In this document: one piece after another, positions 23,501 to 35,800 of the stretch
How positions within the stretch are numbered: the first letter of the stretch is position 1
Layout of the letters: each line of letters begins with the position of its first letter
Assembly: GCA_965655095.1 (NCBI GenBank)
Contig: OZ296648.1
Span: forward strand, 159,836,001-159,900,000
Direction of reading: 5' to 3'
Length of the DNA: 64,000 nucleotides
Source of the DNA: Haplodiscus bocki
Lineage: Eukaryota
Program-made: the position numbers and the translations under genes
Notes under the pieces: generated by a model
Seen by the model: the letters and a program-made list of their open reading frames with translations, nothing else
Told to the model about the DNA's origin: nothing
Databases searched by the model: none

Positions 23501-26500
23501 TTTTTATCAACAATTTTTTGAATGTATTAAAAGATACGTAGAGACTACAAAACGTAACTTATTACATTTGAATCTGTCTAATTCGTAGCGCTGTGGACCG
23601 GATAAAATCTTACGAATAACGAGCAATACGAATTAACCAGATCTTATTACATTATTTCTTTCATATTGGGCTTAAAACTAAACGAATTAAACGGATATCC
23701 GAATCATCCGGATACGAATCAACCGGAGTCAACGGTAGTTTTATGGAATTTTTCTGAATTTGAATCACGTTTTTCCGTGTATCTGCCCAGATTGAGGTTG
23801 ATAAAACAGACAAAAAATTACATAGCGGGCAATTTTTTTCGATAGAGCGACAACAAAATACAAATTCAACCTTCATGTTTCAGACGGAAAGCTCTATACG
23901 TTCTCAGAATGGGCGGACAAGATTTCGAAACATTTCCAAGAAGCTTACTACGTGGGAAGCGGCGAAGTAAGCTCAAAATATAACCAGGATTTGAAACTGA
24001 TCAACAAAAGGTGTATCTACAAAGACACGTTGAAGTCACAGAACCCATGGACCGACTACCAACTCAGGCCTAATTATGCAATCGCCATAGCAGAGGTCAG
24101 TCAGATAAATAACAAGACGGCCGGCTAGCACCGGCATATTTTTCGCAGGAACACAAATATTTTGATCAACATTTGCCCACAGTTAAAAACGAGACTATTG
24201 TTTGAAATCTAGTTTGCGAAAGTTTTCTACAAACATCAATTCCACCACTGATTTCTATATTTTATGCAAAAGAGGGTATCACGACTTTTCGTTCAAAATT
24301 TTTTGTCTCACAGTACCGAAAAATTTCGTTGGTGAACACTTCGGTGTATCAGAAAAATTGGGGTAGCGAAAAATTTTATGCATAAGAAGGGGATATCACT
24401 AAACTCAGTTGAAAAATTTTTGTCTCACAGTGCCGATAAAATTCGTAGGAGAACCCTTCTGTGTTTCGAAAGAATTCAGGTATCGAAAAGTTTCAAGCAA
24501 AGGAGGGGGAAGCTTCACGGTTTTGTCGAAATTTTTTGTCTCACAGGACCGAAACGAAAAGCTTTGTAAAGGAACCCTTCTGTTTTCCGAAAACTTTCTA
24601 GTATCGAAAAAAATTTGTGGATAAGAGGGGGCTTATCGCGATTTTCAGTCGCAATTTTTATGTCTCACAGTGCCGAAAACTTTTGTAAGGGAATTTTACT
24701 GTTTTTGAGAAAATTTTTGGGTTCAAAAAGTTTCATGGATGAAAAGGGGGGTATCACGTTTTTCTGTCGAAAATTTTTGGTCTCACAGTGCCAAAAAACT
24801 TCGTATAGGAACCTTTTAGTGTTTCACTAATTTCGGGTATCAAAAATTGTTAAGGATAAATCTTAAAATGGTAATATGCTAGCACCGGCATATTTTTCGC
24901 CCAACTACAAATATTTTGATCAACTTTTGCAAACGGTTGAAAACAAAACTACTGTTTTGATATTAGTTTTCAAAGAGTTCTTATAAATCAATTCCATCAC
25001 TGATTTCTGCACTTTATGCAAAAGGGTATCACGATTTTACGTTGAAAAATTTTCGTCTCACAGTACCGAAAGACTTCGTAGAGGAACCCTTCTGCTCTGT
25101 GTTTCAGAAAATGTCCAGTAGCGAAAAAGTGTTTATGGATAAGAGGCAGGGGGGGGAAGTATCAAGATTTTCCGTCGAAAAGTTTTTGTCTCGCAGTGCC
25201 GAAAAATTTCGTAGGGGAATCCTTTAGTGCTTCATTAATTTCGGGTATCGAAAAATGTTAGGGATAAGAGAAGAGGGGATTCACGATTTTCCGTCGAAAA
25301 CTTTTTATCTCACAGTGCCGAAAATTTTCGTAGGAACCCCTTAGTGTTTCACTCGTTTCGGGTATCGAAAAATGTTAGGGATAAATCGTAAAAATTTTTG
25401 GCAGGGCTGTGACTCGAACCCCGAACCTACTGCTTGAGAACCTTGTTGTCTTAAGCCTACCGCTGTCATTTATTTTTGAATAAAAAGAGTTGGCAGTTTT
25501 GGTCAGATAAAAAAAAAGAAAAACGACCCTACTGAATAATTTTTCTTGTATATTACATATACTGCGAAAAATAACAAAACTTTGGAAACTGTTTATCATT
25601 AGTATGACTGTACCAGAGAATAGTTAAGATACTTTTTGCTTTGAATATTTTAGATACGCCTACATTTTGCGCAATTGGCAATTGCGAAAATAGTTTTGCT
25701 AATTTCACAAGATAATTTTGTCAGATTTCGGAAAAATTGTTTTTCGGAGAAACGGACGGTTTCCTCTAAAATTTACTTTAGAAACATCTAAAGGAAGAGA
25801 TGAACAAATCTAATCGACACATACTGTTCGATCAAGGTTTTGATATCATTAATTTTTCGGTCATGGCCGAAACACTAATTTTGAAATCACTATAAAAATG
25901 ATTTCAATTTCATCATTGTCGAAATCATAGAATTTCATTATCAGGAAACGATAATAAGTTTCAGGGTTTCGACGGAAGATATCCCGATGCAGAAAAATTT
26001 TTTTTCAACAGTGGTGATTCCAAGAAGTTTGAATTTGATTTTTGTCGATCTTCTCTTTGAAAGAGTTACCCGGAATACGGAGAATTTCTGAGCATACGAT
26101 ATGCTGCTGTAAATATGAAGTGCTTACAAAATCAGTGAATCGTTCTTTGAGGGTCGCTATTTCGCTGAATCACTGAACGGCGGTGGCAAAACCCTGCTTC
26201 TGAGACTCTCAAGGTGTCAATTACATGAAAGAATACTGAGTTGCATTTCAGTCGCCGCTTCAACTGAAAAATGCCGACTATCACACTCGCTTTTTTGGTT
26301 AGTCGGCGATTTACGTAAGTAAAGATGCCAACTATTAGAGTGGCTTCAATTTTTTTCGTAAGACAGCAGACTCACTTAATCGATCCGATTTCAACAGAAT
26401 TTTTGGCATTCAAGTGTCAATGCATCTAATGATTCTGTTAGACAATGTAAACCGTAACAAACACTGGAAATGCCAGTGATACATTGTTCGTTTATTTCAA

Positions 26501-29500
26501 TTAAACATGTTAGCAGCTTTGATTGCGTTATATGAAAATTGGAAAGTTTTTAGTTGACGCTTTTGGAATTTTTCTGAAAAGTCCGACTATACAGTATTCA
26601 GTTTTTTTACGGAAGAGCTCACATTGTATACGTTTCTAATCAAAATTTCACGGCTTGACTGCTGCCATCCCCCAAAGCTGCAGAATGTTCCAAAAGCTTA
26701 CCAGATAACATATCAGTACCACCAAAAATTTCGCTAAGGCAAAAACCGAAAAATTTTCTCAAAAATTGGCCAACAAAGGTAAAAATTGGGGGGGAAAATG
26801 CACCTTTAGTCCGAAATTTTTTCCACTCTGATAACCATTATTATCGGAAAAGGGTACAAAGAATTAAACTAAAGTTTTCGCCAAAAACTCCAAAAGTTTC
26901 AAAAAAGGAGACCTTGGAAATTTTGGTATATTTCGAGTTTAACGGGTGGCGCCGACTTCGACCGTTCTCGGCTTGTTTTTTTGTGAGACAACAGACCTCA
27001 TTTCGAATCAATGCAATTTTTTAGACTCAATGAAATTAGTTGAATTGGTGGTCCTGATGCTACGAATTATAAAACAGCTTCCAAAGTTCCAAAAATTGAA
27101 AAAAAATGTGATACCCTTTTGCATATACTAGGAATATTTTGGGATGGCAAAAACTGAAAATTTTTGCGATGTCCCCGTCTGCCTAAGTGGAAAATTCTCG
27201 GAAGGCAAAGACAGAAAAATTCTGCGACCCCCTTTGCATTTTCCAGTTTTTTTCCGAAAACAAAAATATCAAAAAAATCGTGATGCCCTTTGCATATAAT
27301 GTAATTTGCAGGACATTACCGGAGACTTTTTGGAAAGTCAAACCTTTAAAAATTACGATAACCCCTACATTTTCCTCGATTAGACGCCACTCGAAAATCC
27401 GCCTTTTTTGCCAGCGTACCATTTGTCCGAGGTAAATAGCCGACGAATTCGACAATACGCCAATCTCGACAAAATTAGACTTTTGACGTTTCATTGTTGA
27501 AAATAAGATACTCCAGCCCGGGCCCACTGAATTTTCTTCGGAAAACTAAAATAACTGAAAAAATCAAGGCCTTCTTTCAATACATATTTGAGGCTTACAA
27601 GCGGCGCCGACTCTGGCCATTCTTGGCTTCTTTAATTTCTTGTAAAATTTTGTCTCAAAAGAAGCCATACCTAAATTCTTCGATTTTTCACCTTTATAAT
27701 CACACTAAAGTGTGTTGCTTGTGATCCAATTCATTCGTATGTTGCAGGCTCCTGAGATTTGCAACTTAGACGAGGCTTGGGAGGCTTTGCAGACGTTGCA
27801 AAAACATCTGCTGGGACCGCTGGGCATGAAGACCTTAGATCCCAGGTGGGTAGATGGAAAATAAAAAGAAATTGGGAACTGAATTCTATTTTGGTTGTTG
27901 TTTTAGACATTCAGCTTACTTTCTTATTTTTCGTATTCTCGAACATCTTTCTCAACCCAGTTCTTGGCTAGCCGGCTGAGTGATGAAGTGAAGCCGAATA
28001 ATTTCTTTATTTTTTTTCATCCTTTATGTTTACTTTCTTTCCCCAGCGAGAGCGAAGGCCACTATTTACTCTTGGATTTCAATTACATATAGTAATTCGT
28101 TCAAATATTCTCAAACTTGTCAATTTAACTGGCCTCCTATTTTCCGCTTTCAACTAATTTCAACTAATTTCTAAATTCGCTGACTTCCAATTGCTTACAC
28201 GAGCAAGGAAGTGGAGCGAAGTGCATTACGGACGGCTTTCGTTTTTCCGTGAGTCTCCAACGCGCAAAATATGCGCTCTTGCTGACAGAGATTGTTTTTC
28301 CGCTTTTATTCGAAATTCGTTCATATTCTCTCGTCTTCATTTGATCACGTGTCCCGTTTTTCTGCAAATTACCCTGTGTAAAGAGTAAATCAATAGACAA
28401 AATGGTGCAAAATTCTCTTCGTTTTTTAGAATCCAAAAGTTTTAAATTGTGTCTTCTTTGAAAGTTTTTTTTGAGAATAGATTCATCCCACTGCATCTGC
28501 ATTCACAATTATGTTCAGAATTTGAAACTTGAGTTGTTCTGTTGACGACCTGGAAGGTTTGTTTTGTATTTTTGTTGCGAAAAATTTTGTGTTGCATTTG
28601 GATTTTTTTGTGCATTTTTGTACTAAATCTTTGTTTAAAAGTGCTTTCCATGGAAACCTTTCGACCAATGGGGTCAATCAAGCGCCTATCCGAGTGTGTG
28701 CTAGCCAAAGCATCTCCGATATTGTAGGGATTGCCTTATTCGTGCTTACATTTGGAGAAATTTTGACTTGTGACTGAAAATCGAAAGCAGTGTTCACTCG
28801 CGGCGTTCTTTAAAAGTCATTTTGTCAAAAGTACGATTGGTTCCATGCAGTAATTTTTTAATGAGTTCTTTTTTTATGCATCTGCGATTTAGCTGGGATG
28901 GTGTATTTCGTTGGTTTGATCTGAACAATCCCAACTTGAAATTGGAAAATCAAAGGTGTTCTTACTTGTTCGTTAACTTCTTTCTCCTTAGAAACTAACG
29001 GTCTCATTTTTGCCTCAATCTCGCAATATTTGGTCTACTGGCTATCTAGAGGATTTGCGAATTAGTTTGGATGCTCCATATTTCATTTGTTAGCGGAAAA
29101 TCCTAACTTGTTTTTGAAGTGTAGCTGATATCATTTGCTTTCGATGTCAGTTGAGAATTTCTTGGAGACTGTTGGTCAGAATGCGTATACCCAGCGCTAA
29201 TTGGGGCACAATTCAATCTTGCGTTACGTGCATGCTCTGACTAAATAAAGGTGGTCTCTTTAGAAATTGTTGTCTGGAGAATTCTTACTTGTAATTAAAA
29301 AATCAACGACTTTTCACTTGTGTCTTAAGAAAGACTGTTGAAAACTGTTTTTAAAGGAAAGCAAACGCAATACATCAAAGCTGTGCTAACTAAAAAATTT
29401 GTTGCCTGGAGGACTTGTAAATCAGCGTTGCTTGTCTGTTGTCGAATTCCATTGAGATATGTATTTTGAAAATACAAAGTTTTGAATTGAACCTTTCGTT

Positions 29501-32500
29501 TATGATGTTTTCTCCAAAACTGTTATCAATTTCGTCCAGATTATTGTACTTCATCTCGACCAGTGAGCACCTAGCATTTCGATTTAATAAAGGAGCACCT
29601 TCTTCCTTGTTTCACTTGCCAAGTAATTCCTAGCTGAAGACATTGATTCCGGTTAGTTTTGATGTGACAATTCGACAGCAAAATTGTTCCAACTCAGCTT
29701 GTAATCGCCTCGATAGTTTCACCGGTGATGCACAGGACAGTTTTGCTCCCGTATTTATTTTTGAAACTTGCGACTAGCAAGTTTCTTGGAATCGGTATAA
29801 GCCGACATTTTTCCTACCACACTTAACTGCACTTTTCTGCTGTTCCGGCAGTGTTGCTGCAAAACAGAATTTGTTCAAGCGGCACTGTGCATGGATCTCG
29901 CTGGCGCCGCGCTCTTTTCAATTTTATTCAATATAATTCAACTCAAGAGTTTCTAAGCTGCCTGTCATCGCTGGTAATGAATTCTATTTCGACTCATCTT
30001 AACATGTAACTGACCTTGTTTTACGATTTTAGTTGCATTGCTCATTGGAACTGTTTATCTCAACGAAGGTCAGTCTAATTGGGTCTTTTCTGCTCCCCTT
30101 CAACTGTTCGCGGACCAGAGAGTTTGCGGAGTAGTTTGAATGGTATATGCTATTTAATTTAATTGCGAAAAATCCCAACTTGTATTTGAAAAGAATAGAT
30201 GCTTTTTCTGGCCTTCTTCGTTAAATCTGCTCTCTCAGTGACTGGCAGTCGGATTCGGTTCATCGAACGTTTATTCACTTACCAAGGGAATAATTGTTTT
30301 GAGCAGTGGCTTTGATGGTCTGCTTAACGATTTCTATACGAAATTTTTTGGCTTGTGTCTGAAAAATGATGATGTGTTCTCTCTCGTTGCTCGTTGAAAG
30401 TTTTTCTCAGTGATTAAAAGCAAAATTTATCGCACAGCCTCTGGGCTCGGCAGTGTAGATTGGGTGGTCACTTCTATGATTTCATTGCGAAAAATCCTGA
30501 CTGTAGTTCAAAAGCATTCTACTTGAAAACTGTAATCCCTAACTAGTGGCAGAAATGCATATGTTTTAAGCCTATCGAAATACCTCTTGCCTAGCTTTTG
30601 TGTTGCGTAGAAGTTTTTGCTTTTCTTGCTTTTATTTGCGAAAAGTTTCAACTTCTATCAAAGAAATCACGTGCTTTTTTTACTTCCGTTGTCCTTCAAA
30701 AATATTTTTCTCAATGACTATGAGTAGGATTGGCGCCATCCAACATTAATTGAACCAAAATAGGCTCAAGAGGTCGGCAAAGCTACTTGAATCTCTCAGT
30801 TTTGATTTCCGTTGAGGAACTTTTTGATATGTAATCGAAACTTCAGAGACGCTTTTACTTTCCTTTTTCGTTGAAATTGTTTTTGATTACAACTGTGGTT
30901 ACGATTGAGTTCGAGTCCGAGTTAATTTTTGGTTTATTTTTGCAGTTTTTTGTCTGTGAAAATTGGTTTCGCAATTGTTTGCGTAGCGCAGCTTCGCCTC
31001 TGTGTCTGAATTCGTAGCGCTTAATGCCTAGCATCACCAACGCCCATATTTTCAAATTGTTCAAGACCGCTGAGGATTGACTTTTTAAACTTGTCAGATC
31101 AGCTTTTTACAAATTCTTTGCCAAAATTGTGTAAATGTGCGTCTGTATGCTATTTTTAACCAAACGGCCGGCTAGCACCGGCATATTTTGCTCCCACCAG
31201 TTTTGTTAAAGATGCCTTTTAAGAGGATGAAATCGTTTTGTTTCAAAAAATACTGTTTCTTTTTTTTGTTGTTTTTCAAAATTTAAAAAGTTTCTGATTT
31301 TTCTGCGAAATTTCACTATGAAGGAGGTGGAAAAGACATTTTCAAGAAAAAAATGTTTTGATACGCATTCTGCAGCAAAATTTCAATCTTAACCAATTTT
31401 TTAAACAAATCAGGGTTTTTTCAAAGAAAAGGAAAAAAATGTCGACAGGGTTATTAAAACTGCATTCTATTTGTCCAGAGGAACTTTTTGAGCAAAAATA
31501 TTTTTAAAAAATAGTTAGAACTATTTTCAGACTTAGAGCGAAAAATTTTCGGACATTTGGCGGAAAGTCTTCAGCAGGGTTGTCAAAACTGCATTCTACT
31601 TGTCCAGACGAACATTTTAGAGTTTTCAGAAATTTTTCCTTCCATATTTTTGATATGGTCGGAAATAATAAACGAATGTTTTTATTTGAAGTGACTGGAA
31701 ATACAACGGATTCTATGACAATGACAGAGATGACACAAATTTTGATCTTGCCAAGGGATTCAACTATCATAACGGCCCTGTAAGTAGTCGTAAAATAATT
31801 TTGGAAAAGTTCGTTGAAGCGTTGAACAGCCAGGAATTTTTGCTTTATTTCGCCCGAAAAATAAATAGTGTTTTAAAGGGTGAAACGGAAGAAATACTAA
31901 AGTAAAAACTCCTATTTTGGTTCCTCGGAACAAAAAAGTTTTTGGTAAGTGCTTTGCTTCAAACGAGCAGCTGTAGTATCTCTCTCCAACTCATGGCTCC
32001 CAGGTTCCAGTGGAAAAAATTGATGTGCATGCATCTGATCCATCCAACGCCGTTAATTGGTATTTAAATTTCGTATGGGATTCCTAATTCGCTGTTCTTA
32101 TCTTGTTGCCACATGTGCAACAAGACATAGGCTACGTCAGTAGAGGTAGATAAAGCCATAATTTGGCCTGTGCAGCCCTTCGCTAACTTCATTATCAGAG
32201 TCATCGCTGGCTCTGACGAAAATTATACGGCCACCAAAGTGCATGGTGTAGACTCATAGATCATGGTGATTTTCTAGTACCCATATCAAGAAACTTTAGG
32301 TTTTTTCGACCTTAGCGAAAATCATCCGAAGTTAATCCAAAAACCTACCCTCAAAGAACTTCCATGGTACTCTTTGAACATACTGAAGCTCATACGTTTG
32401 ACACATCGAACTTGCTAGGGAGCTCTGACCTCGACCGCTCTCGGCTTGCTATTCCGTTAATCACGATTTTATGCAATCCTAGGATTTTCGCGTACGAAGT

Positions 32501-32804
32501 AATCTTTGCGTATCTCGAACTTTATCTCCGAGCTTTTTTTCAGGAATGGCTGTGGCTGACTGGATTTTTTTTGCGAGCGCAGCTGAAAGTCGCCAAAGCG
32601 AGGGGAGCTCATTTGGAGGAAACTCTTAAAGTGATCAGCACCCAATTGGCCAGAGCCGGTGAACATTTGGACCAATCACCATGGAGAGGTTTGACTGAAC
32701 TGACCAATAGAAACGGAGAATTTTGTCCGTTCAGCAGTCCGACACAAGCATGGTCTTTCGCGACTTTGCTCGAACTTTTATACGAAACGGAAGTTTTGGT
32801 TTAG
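14391..32804 (+). CDS. AGL: Glycogen debranching enzyme, 3' portion (amylo-alpha-1,6-glucosidase half); 10 exons, 5' part not found in window
   Basis: Exons 14391-14530, 14916-15049, 16146-16436, 18635-18878, 19838-19952, 22867-23112, 23884-24095, 27748-27845, 31692-31779, 32544-32804 (1829 nt). All introns are GT..AG and all phases join without stops. AGL motifs: [127 protein letters not shown]. Confidence 0.96.
14916..15049 (+). CDS. AGL: AGL exon: [44 protein letters not shown]
   Basis: Not in ORF track; ttttttGAG acceptor, gtaagg donor; PRYLIPxYF motif; phases 0/2 fit neighbours. Confidence 0.88.
16146..16436 (+). CDS. AGL: AGL exon: ...[10 protein letters not shown]...[37 protein letters not shown]
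   Basis: tttttttaAAG acceptor, gtaaag donor; WGRDTF motif. Confidence 0.93.
16657..16731 (+). repeat. Degenerate tRNA-derived (SINE-head-like) sequence
   Basis: A-box-like tggtccagtggtaagg and decayed B-box ggtgcgtttcc at tRNA spacing; no intact cloverleaf. Similar remnants at ~20545-20592 (+) and ~25400-25470 (-). Confidence 0.4.
17668..17995. mobile_element. MITE-like foldback with TIRs ggaccaagtgaa(c/g)aat + poly-C / poly-G
   Basis: ggaccaagtgaagaatc(C)n at 17675 versus (G)nagagattgttcacttggtcc ending 17984; ends approximate. Confidence 0.6.
18635..18878 (+). CDS. AGL: AGL exon: [20 protein letters not shown]...[12 protein letters not shown]...RLYPNDD...RPH
   Basis: ttttcag acceptor, gtaagt donor; HGLIPNLL and NCRDA motifs. 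Confidence 0.94.
19838..19952 (+). CDS. AGL: AGL exon: [38 protein letters not shown]
   Basis: tttttag acceptor, gtatgc donor; FxERNAGPxID motif; only its antisense shadow appears in the ORF track. Confidence 0.92.
20229..22842. mobile_element. Mutator-like (MULE) non-autonomous element in an AGL intron
   Basis: TIR ggtgtcaggacatttcaccc / gggtgaaatgtcctgaaacc; exact 9-bp TSD ctctaattg at 20220-20228 and 22843-22851. Confidence 0.85.
20400..22570 (-). repeat. Same ~178-bp-array element, inverted copy nested inside a MULE-like element
   Basis: ctgatagtcc-like motif at ~21111, 21290, 21469, 21650, 21829, 22008, 22183, 22350, 22533; shares terminal unique block with 12480-13150. Confidence 0.8.
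22867..23112 (+). CDS. AGL: AGL exon: [31 protein letters not shown]...[14 protein letters not shown]...QLE
   Basis: tttcag acceptor, gtttga donor; contains the catalytic-Asp motif TWMDK. Confidence 0.95.
23884..24095 (+). CDS. AGL: AGL exon: [17 protein letters not shown]...[30 protein letters not shown]
   Basis: tttcag acceptor, gtcagt donor; IYKD and DYQLRPN motifs. Confidence 0.93.
24111..25385 (+). repeat. Helentron/HINE-like element(s) with ~118-bp tandem subrepeats; head duplicated at 24877
   Basis: Starts aacaagacggccggctagcaccggcatatttt; gtctcacag unit motif at 24305, 24422, 24538, 24662, 24780, 25055, 25188, 25307; same head at 31164. Superfamily assignment is inference. Confidence 0.7.
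27748..27845 (+). CDS. AGL: AGL exon: [32 protein letters not shown]
   Basis: ttgcag acceptor, gtgggt donor; [12 protein letters not shown] motif. Confidence 0.93.
31692..31779 (+). CDS. AGL: AGL exon: [29 protein letters not shown]
   Basis: ttatttgAAG acceptor, gtaagt donor; AKGFNYHxGP motif; phases 2/0 fit. Confidence 0.92.
32544..32804 (+). CDS. AGL: AGL terminal exon: [14 protein letters not shown]...[42 protein letters not shown]
   Basis: tttttttcag acceptor; catalytic-Glu motif LxELTN; TAG stop at 32802-32804. Confidence 0.95.
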   Translation, partial: EWLWLTGFFLRAQLKVAKARGAHLEETLKVISTQLARAGEHLDQSPWRGLTELTNRNGEFCPFSSPTQAWSFATLLELLYETEVLV

Positions 32805-35800
32805 CCACTATAGCTATAGAAACCCCAAGAGATTATGACTATAAATATTATAAATATTTAACATAGTGATCAACTCTGCACATTAACCGTACTGGTTTTG
32901 TTAAAAGACATTTTTATTTTGCACTTATCGGTAATCTTTGATTTAAGTCGATTTTGAATTTAGTAGCTCCAAAGTAATTTGATGTTTCTTGTTTTTCCTT
33001 TTGAGAAAGAACCAGAAGTTGTACAGCAACCAGGGTAACGTTTGAGGCTGAGCTTGGAAGTTTCTGCTGTAGTTACTATCACCAGCTTTGAAAAAGGGCC
33101 TGAAGAAATAATGCAACGAATGATAATGGTTGACTTGGCGTTTCAAAAGTATCGGTTCTTTCAACTCCCCGCCCGCCACCAGTGAAAACAAGGAAATTTA
33201 CTCCAGCCCCCCACGCAGAAGCAAATTTCTCTCTTATTGGCTAAAGTTTTCTCGCACGTGAAATGAACCATTATGCCACTTATTATTGCGCATATGAAAT
33301 ATGGTGTATGTGTGTGGGGGGGGGGGGGGGGGGGAGGAGGTTGAATCATTGCAAGGGAGTTAACAAAAAAATAGAATTCTACACAGTAGTTTTGATCCAC
33401 GCTCAGCTCCAATATTTTGAGTTTTTTGAAAGTAATGCTAGAGTTGAAATCAAAGTTTGGACACCGCGTTTCAAGAATTGAGTTGCGTCACAGATAACGC
33501 GACTTCTATCGACACTATCGAAAACACGACTATCCAAATAGTAGACTTCTATTTCTTTTTGGGCCTATCCAGATTCCAATAGAAGGAAGAAAAGGGGTTG
33601 TCTTTTGTAAAATTCATCTACATGCACAACAGCGTCAATTCAGACACTGATAGGGGAAGTCAAAGTTGCAGTTTTCAAGAAGGATGAGCTTGAACATCGG
33701 GATATGTCGGTACTGACAGCACTTTTGCCATTTTTGGCCATTCATGCATCCCCTTCTGTTGTGGAGAACAAACTTCAAAAAATTTTGAAACGTTTAGTAT
33801 GCCTCAACTAAAAGATTATCGAATAACACCCTGATGCAAGAAAAGAAGCTGGTAGAGATGAAGAAAACTGATTTTGATTAACGAGGCAAGTCAAGACTAA
33901 TGGCACTTGAAAGCAATCCTGGAACATCAGTATCCAACTGCATGAAAAAATTTCACCGTTTTTGTCATGAAAAAATCAAAAAATTTAGAATGAGAATTTG
34001 AGGGACGAAATCAAGTTAGTTGCTTGGGAGAAACACGAGTATGGACACGGAGACGAGTCTAAGGTTCTTTGTAGAGTTCTGGGACTATCAGGACCCTAAA
34101 GCAAGAACAGCAAGGATGAAGGATTGTTTTTTCAATCCGACCCAATATTTACCATACGATTGCGAACTTGGTGGAAGAAATGAAGTTCTAGAAACACATG
34201 AGTTTGAGAATAGACAAGAAAAATTCAGTAGCTTGTTCTTTTTTTCAAACCAGGTTTCTAACGCAAACCACAACATCATCCTTTTGTAAGTCTGATATCC
34301 AACTGAAAACGAAAATTGTTGGAAAGAGACCTTGAATCCGGATGATATGTCAGCTCTTACGGGAGAATATGTGTTGAAGTTGCGAAAAAGTTTCAAAATT
34401 CATGTGAGTTCCTCGACATTTTCTAGTCATCGCAAAACAGTCAAAAACACTGAAAAAACCTCCACGACAAAAAATTGTACAAGAAGATCTTGATGAACAA
34501 AATCTAGTTTGTAATTAGGAGAAAGTTGAATACGAAGATCGAGTTAGTTCAAAAACGAAAACTTTTCGAGAACGTCTGACTTTAAGGATTCAGAGGCAAA
34601 CAACGTAATGGATAGTCATCTACAGGAAGTCTATTCTACAAGTATATTTCTTTTGTTGAGACATTGACGAAACAATTTAGGACTACTTACGGAGTATAAT
34701 TGAGTTTGAATCTCAGAATGAATCAAATTTAATAGCATATTTTAGCATAATCACACTATGAAAAAACTGAACTGAAGTATGAAAAAATGTTTTTTTATCA
34801 GAAAAATCTCTTCACTTCAAAAGTTTTCGACCAAGTCTGTAGTAGAAAAAATGAAGCCAGTAGTTCTACACATGCAAATGTTTCAAAATCGCGTTTTCCA
34901 AGACTAAAGGCACTTTTTCTGCAATGCCCGTCTATCAAAAACTAACGCTGGGAAGAAAGCCGAGAAAAGTATACCAAAGAGAACTCCTTGTGAAGGAAAA
35001 GATTTTCAATTGGGACCCAAACGAAAGAAAGGAACATCGTTTTTTGGAAAAAAGTTAGTTGCAACATCAAGGAAAATCAAAACTAACTGCTTTTTCTGGC
35101 TTTTCTTCAAGGTGGGTCAATTAGAGCGATATGTTCCAGCAGAGGTATTTTCGATTACTGTTCGTGTTTTTTGATCCGGATGGAAACAAGACACTAAAAA
35201 AATTGGTACCAAAAAAACTGACTGGAAGTTTCAAAACTTACTCTCAATCAAGTGTTCACATCCACAATTTCCGCAGGATCTTGAATTTTCAAAATTTTGG
35301 CGTTTTAAGAAATTGAAAAAACCGAACCTCAAGGAAAGTTCTCAAAAAAACAAATTGTTACGTTCACGCCCATAAAAGAATATTTTTGCGAGAAGCGAGC
35401 CCAATTCACAAGAGAGCCTACAATTTCTCCAAAAGTCTAGCTTTTTGGTAGAAAAAGTCAGGAGTTTTTTAACGAGTGTCTCAAAAATTGCTGACAAAAT
35501 GACCAACAGCGGGACTTGGACCAATAATTGTGCGCCCTTACTCGCGATGCCAAACCACATAGATTTTTTTTGACGCCAACCTTTACGCAGAGGATCCTGC
35601 GCGCCCTAAGAAAACTGAGGAAGAAAGAATCATCTTGATTGGAGGTTTTCGATCCGGAAAATTATGTCGATTGAAAAAATTGAAAAAAATGAACTTTTTG
35701 AAACCAATCATCAGTAATAAAATATAATTTTGTATCGGACTCCGGTGTGACGTTGCCTATTCGTGTTGAAACAGTTTAATTCAATTGTTAGATCGACACC

